From Moniliella sp. 'wahieum' (taxonomy: Eukaryota), in assembly GCA_003971905.1 (NCBI GenBank), contig RSEE01000063.1, positions 372,001 to 402,753 of the forward strand: a stretch of DNA of 30,753 nt. Reading direction: 5' to 3'. The notes below the pieces were generated by a model. It did no database searches, was not told the DNA's origin, and saw only the letters and a list, made by a program, of their open reading frames with translations. Positions 22,317 to 30,753 of this stretch are shown here, piece after piece (the first letter of the stretch is position 1; each line of letters starts with the position of its first letter). Made by a program: the position numbers and the translations under genes.

Positions 22317-24331
22317 TTAGAACCAAATCCAACTAATGATGCGAATCAAGCCCTTGGGTGGAACTTCTTTTGGTTCCGGGTTTTGCCGATACTGCGTGAG
22401 CCAGGGTTGGATTGGCACGTCCTCAAGAGGAATCCAAAACGGTGTGCCACTGTAGAACTTAAACCCGAGGAGAAGGGAGATGTTGATGATGGGGGCACAG
22501 TAGGCTGAGATGAACGTTTGAGGTTCCTGGTTGCCCGGGATAAAGAACTCAAAGCCGCCAGTGAAAAGGCAGAAGAAAGAGCCCACCAGGCCAATCCAGC
22601 CGAGATAGGGCTGGCCCCACGCTTGCCAAGGCAAGGCAGAGCGTGGGATACCCTGGACCCGCATAGCATAGTATACCCGCAAAAAGATAAGGCAGGTGAC
22701 AAACCACTGATACAGAGCCAGAGAAGAAGTGATGCTTTGGAAGTAACCAAACACTTGTGTCGCGCTGGAGCTGACCACCGTATACCCCAACGGCCAGCCA
22801 GCGGTTACGACAAGGATAGCAATGTACGGCACGCCCCAGCGATGGGTCTTGAGGAATGCTTTGGGGGCAAAACCCATGTTGGCCAAAGCCATGGCGGACC
22901 GAGAGCCTGATAGAACGCCAGAGGCTGCAGAACTGTATGCCGAGGTGAGCGTGATGGCATTAATGATGCTCGGCAAGACGCGAACGCCAGCATTAGAAGC
23001 GGCGACGACAAAGGGCGATGCAGATGCAGTTCCAGACGAGCTGACCAATCGTTCGTCGTTGGACGGGACGATGAGCCCGACACAGAAAACCAGCAAAATG
23101 TAAATCAACCCGACACGGACAAAGACGCGCTTGGCTGCCCGCGGCAGCGCCTGACGCGGATTGCGCGTCTCGGCCGCGCGGCGCAGATCGTCTCGATTCC
23201 CTGGTAGCTGTAGGCAGCGTTCGTTAGCGTGTACCACAGGCCATACCATCGCCCAGCCGCGCCTTTAGCAAGATAGGAGACCATTGGTCCGGGATTTCGC
23301 CAGTACTGAAAGCCCGTCATATGGCCGTGCGGTCCTGCACCAAGGTCGATGCAGATGCAGAAAATCACAAGGCCGATGGCAGTGGTGAGCTTGATGATGG
23401 AAAACGCGTATTCCGTCTCGCTAAAAATACGAGTAAACGCGAGATTCGTGACGAGTAGGACCACACCAAAGATGGTAATGAACACCGCGGGGGAGATGCT
23501 CTCTGTCCAGAATTGGATCAGAATTGCGGCACCGCTGAACTCGCCGGGAATAGAGACGATCTGGCTGTAAACCATGGACCAGCCACTTGCAAAGGCCAAC
23601 GACTTGGAAACAACATGCCACTGTGACGGACATAGTACCCACTCACGGGGGCGAGTGTGGCAAGCTAAATGGGGAAAATAGATGTTAGTTTTGTTTGTAT
23701 GTTTGCTGAATATTAGCCCCAACAGCATCACCTAGATCAGGAGCAACACGTACTTCCGCTTGGCAAAAAAGCATCGCGCAGGCAAAGACGCCAACGACCA
23801 AGTATCCAAGGAAAAGCGACAAGGGACCAGCATGTGCCAAGGCTTTGCCCACTCCGAGAAAGACACCCGTACCAATAGAACCTGCGAGTCACGAGAAAAA
23901 GTAGGTCAATTATAAAGGTAATACCTCCCTCTTCTCCTTGTTTAGAATGTAAACATACCCGCCAGCGAGATCATTGCCAGTTGTCGAGAAGTGAATGCCT
24001 CTCGTACCTCATCTTGATCAAAGAGTTCCTTGGCCACTTGAGGATCGATATTGGAGAGATCGCCATACGACTTGACCTTCCCAGCAAACTGGTCCAACTT
24101 GCCTTGTTTGACATTCACCGTCTCTCCGCCCGTGATCTTCTCTGAGGGGTAGTCCGTGTCTTTGCCATCAACCTTTTTTTCGTCGATGGAATCAAGAGGA
24201 AGGGATGGGTTGTGAGGATGATAAAAAGTGTCCGGCACGAACTCGTCGTGGGAGGGCAAAGAAGGCCTGGTAGACGTGGGAGTGACAGAGGACGGAGCGG
24301 ATGCGCGATCTCGACGGAAGAATCTTGACAT
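22317..24331 (-). CDS. Amino-acid permease (APC/YAT family); introns 23882-23958 and 23665-23753; frameshifts near 23612 and 23185
   Basis: RQLAMISLAG|SIGTGVFLG, HAGP, FSETEY, GFQYWRNPG, AAYSYQGIE, AETRNPR and ASPFVVA, plus many TM segments. Confidence 0.93.
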
Positions 24332-25732
24332 GGTGTAGTGGTGGGGAATTTTGGAGAAGGGAAAATGATGTGGCAAAACGGTGTCCAACGGGCGAAGAAG
24401 AGGTGCGGGTCTTAATAAGGATGCCATAAACAAGCCCCAACGCTGACGCGCACACATTCCGAGTTTGATGAACATCATAACAGCAAACAATGCAATAAAG
24501 GAGTAGAGGAGCACGCACTCCGCTAGCTGCTGCTACGCACCCTGGCTACGTCGGCGCAATGTTCCTGACAGTGTGGTGCTCCTGTTGGGTCCTGAGCCTC
24601 GGACCTCAGGGTTTCAGACCGGTCCCACTAGTAGGAGATCAGAGTCCCCGTACCCCTGTGCCCCGCAGCACCACTGCCTCTTCAGTGGGGACGAGGAATT
24701 CAAGCTTGGCACTGCGCGGCAGCATAGAGGAGAAGTGCTCAGACTGGGACACTTTGGCGGTCAGGACGGCCAAATAGTTGGCGCGGGGGCGAGGCACACA
24801 CTCGCTCGGCCTTTTGCGAATGCAAAGGGGGCTTTTCCTGTTGCACGTGGGTTAGCACATGAGTGTGGCAGTGCTTCGGCACATCAGCGCATCAATCATC
24901 AGCGGATCAGCCGAGCTGAAGCTTGAAGGCCGAGTGCAGAGCACGCCATGGGTCCAGGGCTTGCGGGGGGGGGGGGGCGGACGCTCGCGGTGCGCGGGCG
25001 AGAAGAGAGACCCAGTGGAAAGAGGAAGCTGTCTGGGGGGCTGTGGCTGCGGTTGCTGCTGGGGCGGCGGGCGGAGCGAAGGGACGGCGGCAGTTTATTA
25101 CCGTTACGCTTTAATTAGCGTTCAAGTTGAACTTGAACGTACTGAACACACCGTTGATCTCCTGCTGCGATAGGGTGGCGTGCGCGTGCCCCGAACTGCC
25201 GTCATCGACTCGGCTGTTTGACATTGTAAGAGGCAAACCCTGGCATCCAAGCCAGCAGCCACTTCTCGTACTTTTTACCGCCACACCGCACCACGCACAC
25301 CAACGCAGGCGAGCCTGCAACCCCCCCCCACCACCCCCCCACCACCCACCCCCAACTCTCCTCCTTTTTCAGCCCTGGCCCCCCACTCGTCAACGACGTC
25401 AGTTTTGTTGGCCACATCTTGCCCGTTCTTCTATGCGCTTGGACGCACACATTGTTGCCTCCGATGTGCCAGCCGCCATGGCTCAACGACCATACCTTCT
25501 GGTACCCCTTCCTACATCTCTTCTACCACAGAAGCGTCAGTAGCACAACCCTCTACCATGCCTCAAGGAGTGGGTTGATAAGTATACCATAGGTCTATGA
25601 TGGCCAGGCGGCCAAGTTGCGGTGTAGTGTACAGGTGGGAAAATAGGTGGGATGGATGGATGAGATCGATGAGCGGGCAGCCAAGGGGATGTACTGCTTG
25701 TAGGGGGGCTCGCAGGGGAGCGGCGGATGGAG

Positions 25733-27998
25733 TTAAAGAGGCAAGTCAGGAGAGCTAGAAGGTGGGTCAGAGTCGGGTTCGGTGCCGCGATAATCCAGGT
25801 GCTCCAAGACGAGGGGGAAGGTTTGTCCCAAGCCCGGGTGGAAGAGGTAGGACGAAAAAATGGTTTTCATCACGGCGGTTGATTTGGCTTTGCTCCAGAC
25901 AGACAGAAAGAAGGCCATCTCTGCCTTTTTCAGATCGGCAGCTGGGAAGGAGGAGGTGAAGTGAGAAAAGAGCTCCCAGGCAATGTTGTCGACAGTAAGG
26001 TTGTTGAGAATATGGGTCATAGCGCGCTCCCGTAGGTCATGGTTGAGTTGGTCGGCCAGCGGAAAAGAGACTTGGCACTGCACGGTTCTAGCTTCCCGTT
26101 CTGGGCGCAATATGCGTCAATTTGTAGGCGCCGCTGCATGTGCGCCGCATACAACATCCGTAGCCCATTCACCCGTGCTCGCACTGCATTCGGAACAAAC
26201 ATCGACGATCCCAGCGACCCCTCCCCTGGCAGGGGGGCATACAGTGTTTCCTCATTCCAGTTGGATATATAGCTCGAGGTCAACGGAGCAAATTCGACTT
26301 GGCCCGTGTAGAGGAAATGAAGAAGTGCGCGGTAAGTCCGTGGCGTGACTCCAGGGATAGTCTTGGAACGGCAGTTAATACTTCTTCCGTGCAAGGCAGG
26401 CAAAAGATGGATCAAGAGGGATGACGTACGATGATTTTCCTCGAGGAGATACCTTCGGGTTGGGGGGTTGGATGCGGCTTGCGGCCTTTCGGAGGTCGTG
26501 CCGAGGGGTGTGGACCGGTTCCAATCGAGAGAGCCGCTGTCATGATGCGTATCCATCTCGGGTGTCGAACGCCGTTCAACGCCCTTTTGGACTGGCCATG
26601 GAGACCCGGAGAAGGAAGGTCCTCTTCCAGGCGTTCGGGATGGGAACAGTAGTGGAGTAAAGCTACCCGATCGTATTTCCGGGTCAATCCAGTCGGGATC
26701 AAAGTCGTACTCCGCATCCGAATCAGGGAACGCATCCATCTCGGGGTGGTACGCGTAGGACAGATCTCTCGGTGAGGTGTATGCAGGGGACGGGGCTCGG
26801 TGCATGTAGGGCGAAAACGCTCCTTCCCCTTCCAAATCGAGCAGAGCGTCCGGTGACGCCTGGTTCTCAACCCGCTCCTCGTCCAGTAACATACCACCAA
26901 GTTGAGGCGAAAGTGTAGATGGCGGTTGCGCAGGGCGCTCGCCGGCCTCTAGAAAGTCACCGGAGAGGAGGTTGGTAAAGTATTGAGACCGGGTGACAAG
27001 CAACTGTTTGATGGCATAGATCGTCTCTTCCTCTTGTCTTTGAATCAGAGGGCCATTTCGACTGGTCTGTGAAGGGAAAGAAAGACAATGTCGCTGTCAA
27101 TGTATCAGTATCGGGACGATCATGTGACAGCGGGCAGCACACACCTGTACAAGGGATTGTCCAGCATCTTGCCCAGGGCGGTAAGAAGTTTGATGGGGCA
27201 CAACGGCGGTGGATGGCACCATAGAGCGCGCTGGCACAGACTGAGTTGTTATGGATGACGCTCACAATTAACTTATCCAGCTCCATGACAGGCAGGGAGG
27301 AAAGGACAACGTCATGGGAACAGAACTTGCTCCACCCCAATTGGGTGACTGGCTAGAGAAAGTGTGATCCGACGCCTCCTTGGACGCCAGCTGTTGGAGT
27401 TTGCCTGTAACAGGTGCAAGGAGACTGATGGTGAATTGTACACTGCCTCTGCGGATCCAGGTGAGCTTGGGCTGAGTAGGGGAGGCGGCACCGCTGGGTT
27501 CAGTGGCATCCTTCGTCGGGGTGGAAGTAGAGTGTTGCGAACACGAGCGGGGCTGGGCTTTGCGCTTGTCTGCATGAGCAAGGATTTATCCACTCGTATT
27601 CTTGCGGTTCAGCACAGAGGTAGATGGAGAGACGGTTGCGCTCCACGCCAGGGCGGTGGTGTAGAAGAGGATGGTCCAGCATCCATTATAAAAGTGGGCG
27701 CTTTGCACCGCTTTGTTTTTGACCGCCTCGTTGGGCTCATTGATGAGGGACTTGATACCGGTTAGCGGCTGGAAAGCATGTCAGCATGGCAGGTCAGACA
27801 TCGGGTCAGTGCACGTCTGGTTTCTGAAGGGGGCGGTTCGACGACAAGCCATACCCAGTCAAAGGTGACTGTGGGATGTGAAGGAAAGCTGGTGTCAGCA
27901 GCTGCTTGGAGGAGAGGAGGGGACATACGCACTCGTACGCGACTCTGTCGGAACGTCACCGGAACCAGAGGAGCGGCAGGTGCTCGGCGCTCAGCCAT
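25733..27998 (-). CDS. MATH-like + split BTB/POZ domain protein; introns 27769-27854 and ~27062-27143; multiple frameshifts
   Basis: MATH-like FDW|PLTGIKSL, WTILFY, LSIYLCAEP and HTFS..NWGWSKF. BTB parts IYAIKQLLVTRSQYFTNLLSGDFLE, TYRALLHFLYTGQVEFAPL, CSAKSLF and LTVDNIAWELFSHF. Confidence 0.85.
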
Positions 27999-28505
27999 GG
28001 CGGCGACAAAGACGGTTGGTGGTGGTGGTGTGGTGGTGGTGGTGTGGTGCAGCCCCCCGCACTGTATTCCGCCAAAAGCATTGGGCTGGTGGGACGTCGG
28101 CCAACCGCCAGATTAGGCTGTGGCGACGGCCGCTTAGGTAATACCTGGTATCGACAAGGCCGCGTCCTCCTCCTATCAAGCGAAATCAGTTGCTGTCCCG
28201 CGTCTGCATCCAAGTACCAAGTGCTCTGCCGGTAACATGCTCCGCAGATCATTCCTTTGAGCGCCCCAGGGCAGATGGTATAGGGGAAGGGGGGAAATAG
28301 TTATGGTCCTGAATCGCGAGCGCCATATAAGCACACAATCCATCATGCATCGCACCGCTGGAACGGGGCGGTTCACAAACAGAGGGAATATAAGAAAACT
28401 ATTACACAACATGAAACGGCATGGGCCCGTTTGTACAGCTCCCAGCACACCAAGATAGCGCACCATTGCCGGCTCTAGACATGGTCTGCACTCTCACTTA
28501 GGACT

Positions 28506-29610
28506 TCAGCGATCAAACACCCTCAAGTAAAGGGGCGGAGGAAAAGGATCACACTCTCTCGATTGCTTGACGTCGACCGCCTCCTCAGTCACTGTGCGTT
28601 TGCGGATGACCCCTGCCTCGGTCAGGTAGACATCGTCCTCCTCCCCTTGGACGCAACGTTTAACAACTTTTGTTCGCCGTGACGATGCGCTCCGCAGTGG
28701 GCACGTCCATCTTCTTGGGCACTGTCTTGTGCTGGAACCGCTTTGGTGATAGCGCGGACCATGGCACGGAACCAGATAAAATTGAGCGAATTGAGCACAA
28801 CGTTGCCCGTGCAGTAGAAGAGTTTAATGCCGATGGGGATAGGTGGGGTATGAGGTACAAAAAGGGTCATGTTAAACCAGGAGATGGAGTTGTACACACC
28901 CAAAACAAGACGCACAACCACGTATGTCCCCAGCAGGAAGACGGCATTGATCAGCTGCCAGATGGAGCCCGTCATGCCGAGTTTGTCCATAAACCAATGA
29001 ATGTTGAGGAACGGCGAAGACGCTTCCCAGAAAAGAAAGCCGAGGCCATCGTACATGAAAATGGGAGAGTAAATGAGTATAAACGCAACAAAACTGACCA
29101 GGCCATGGGCGATGAATGCAACGCCTTCGTACTGGTGAACGTTGACATGCAACCGACTTTTGTCAGTGATCAGTGCAGTCAGGGGGATGGGGACGTACGC
29201 GAAGGGATATGTACATATCCCACGTAAAATATCCCAACGAAATGGCAAACACCTGACCGGCATCGAAGCTGTACCCCGCAGACGGTCAATGGCGAGAGGG
29301 TGGGGATCAACAGAACCGATTGGGTTGTTGTACACGTCAAGCCAAACGCGTGCAGCAAGGGGTGCGATAAAGGCGGCGTGAGCTAGAGCAACAAAATGCA
29401 CGTCCCAGTTGCGACGGCTACGGCGATCGAATGTCTTGATGGTGCGAGGGAAGAGGAGGGGGGAAACGAGACTGGAGAGTAACTGGAGGGAAAACCAAGA
29501 TAGGGCACTAACGATAATGGTTAGGACGTGCTCGGGCATGCGGGGCCGGCAGCGGTGCACCACGGCGCCACGGCCTCAGCGACGGTTGCCTGAACCTGGG
29601 CGACCGACAT
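28506..29610 (-). CDS. TLC (TRAM/LAG1/CLN8) domain membrane protein, TMEM56/Tda4-like; intron 29132-29198; frameshifts, both ends approximate
   Basis: NWDVHFVALAHA, GYFTWD, FIAHG, FLFWEASSPFLNIHWFMDK, VVRLVLG and LNSLNFIWFRAM. Confidence 0.88.
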
Positions 29611-29775
29611 GGAAGCGGGTGTGCAGCGGGGGGGAGATGAAGATAAGGTGGTGGCCTCAGGCAGACAAGGTGGAGTGGCGGATGCAGGACTGGCTCCTGT
29701 GTTGGGAGTGGGGTGGAGTAAATCTCTCTCCCTCGGCCACTGCACCTGACGGGTAAAAAAGGGAGCCGCCACCCG

Positions 29776-29793
29776 TCACGCGTCACGCGTCAC
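29776..29793. promoter_or_regulatory. (TCACGCG)x2.6 tandem ACGCGT sites upstream of the TLC gene
   Basis: Direct read. About 165 bp upstream of the probable ATG at 29610. Confidence 0.4.
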
Positions 29794-29912
29794 CGGTAAC
29801 TCGCTGATTGCACGTCCCACGTAGCAGTAGGCCAGCAGCACGCCCTCGGAGATCTGATCGATGATCAATGGGACATAGGAGTCACGTCCATATCACGTTC
29901 GTATCACGTCCT

Positions 29913-30337
29913 TCATTGATTACCACTGTAAAAATATAGACACTCTCCGGAGACCCCAACACGGGGCGAACCTCCTTTCGGGTGGCCTGACCAGCTTGCC
30001 CTATCGGATCCAAGAGTTGGTATCGAGAACATGGAAGCGGAAAACGAAGCGAAGAGGTCCCCATATACCGAACACCCTAGGTTGATAAAACAGAGCTGCC
30101 CCCCTGTCTCTTCCCTAATATTGACCCCACGAGAGGCAACTCCCCATATGAACCGCGGTCTGCCACAAAAGAAAATAACGCGTAAAAAGGAACCTTGAAT
30201 AGGCATCGGACGTGGGAGTGGATCACAGGATTTTGCTGCGTGGGGTGCTTCGAAGTAGTCTGTAGGAACAAGCGCATCTACATGTATACACACTATACAG
30301 AAGACAGCTAATAAAAAAAGGCAAAACTGGATACCAT
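29913..30337 (-). CDS. Candidate small secreted Cys-containing protein (~141 aa; one frameshift in the T7 run at 30313-30319)
   Basis: Adding one T gives MVSSFAFFLLAVFCIVCIHVDA-LVPTDYFEAPHAAKSCDP.., a signal-peptide-like start followed by a mature part with 5 Cys. Confidence 0.5.
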
Positions 30338-30753
30338 ATATAGAGTGAGGGTGTAGCTGTTGTGGAGGGAGTGCCAGGGTTCCCCCACGGCCATCAAGCT
30401 TCAAGTGGATCCCTGACACACTCGCCTAGTGGTGTGGAAGCGTTCCGCTCGCAAGCTATACGCACCCCCTCGCCCTACTCCTCATCTCCCTTCTCTGTAT
30501 CATGTCTCCTTCCCGTTGAATACAGTTGTGGCTCACTACTTTACCTTCACTAGTGAGGCACATAGGAGAGGGTGCAGGGCACAGGGACAGTGCCATACCC
30601 TGGGAGGATACCTGCAGAGTGGAAGCCGATGGAGAACCGAGGTGAATCTGGTCTACCGACTGGGACCGGAGGATCAAACAGCTAACATTCACGCCTTTTG
30701 TCTGAAGGCTGCGTAATTTGCCATTGTGATCCCATGGGATCCCCGCGTGCTCC

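Noticed and set aside
24559..25560. ORFs and G/C runs between the permease and BTB genes
   Set aside because: Low-complexity promoter/terminator-like DNA with no consistent coding signal or CAAX pheromone-like ORF.

Overview
A compact, GC-rich, intron-containing fungal region. GT..AG introns carry CTRAC branch points, and gene style plus TCACG/GATC-rich intergenic tracts suggest a basidiomycete, probably Ustilaginomycotina (inference). Recognisable genes in order: UPF0538/AIM29, an Ngl/Angel EEP nuclease, succinyl-CoA ligase alpha, an intron-containing tRNA-Ala(UGC), ATP synthase epsilon, TMEM256/DUF423, SNF4/AMPK-gamma, TRAPP Trs31, proteasome chaperone PAC4, a TTL/Pby1-like ATP-grasp ligase, an amino-acid permease, a MATH-BTB protein and a TLC-domain protein. 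Most long genes are broken by frameshifts, and those traced in detail are repaired by adding one base, which most likely reflects consensus errors. Allowing for this reveals features the ORF track hides: three candidate secreted proteins (a divergent pair beside the tRNA and one near the right end) and a very divergent SUN-like membrane protein. The window also starts with the probable end of a CACTA/EnSpm-like transposon with subterminal repeats (1-873). No prokaryote-type system (CRISPR etc.) is present.
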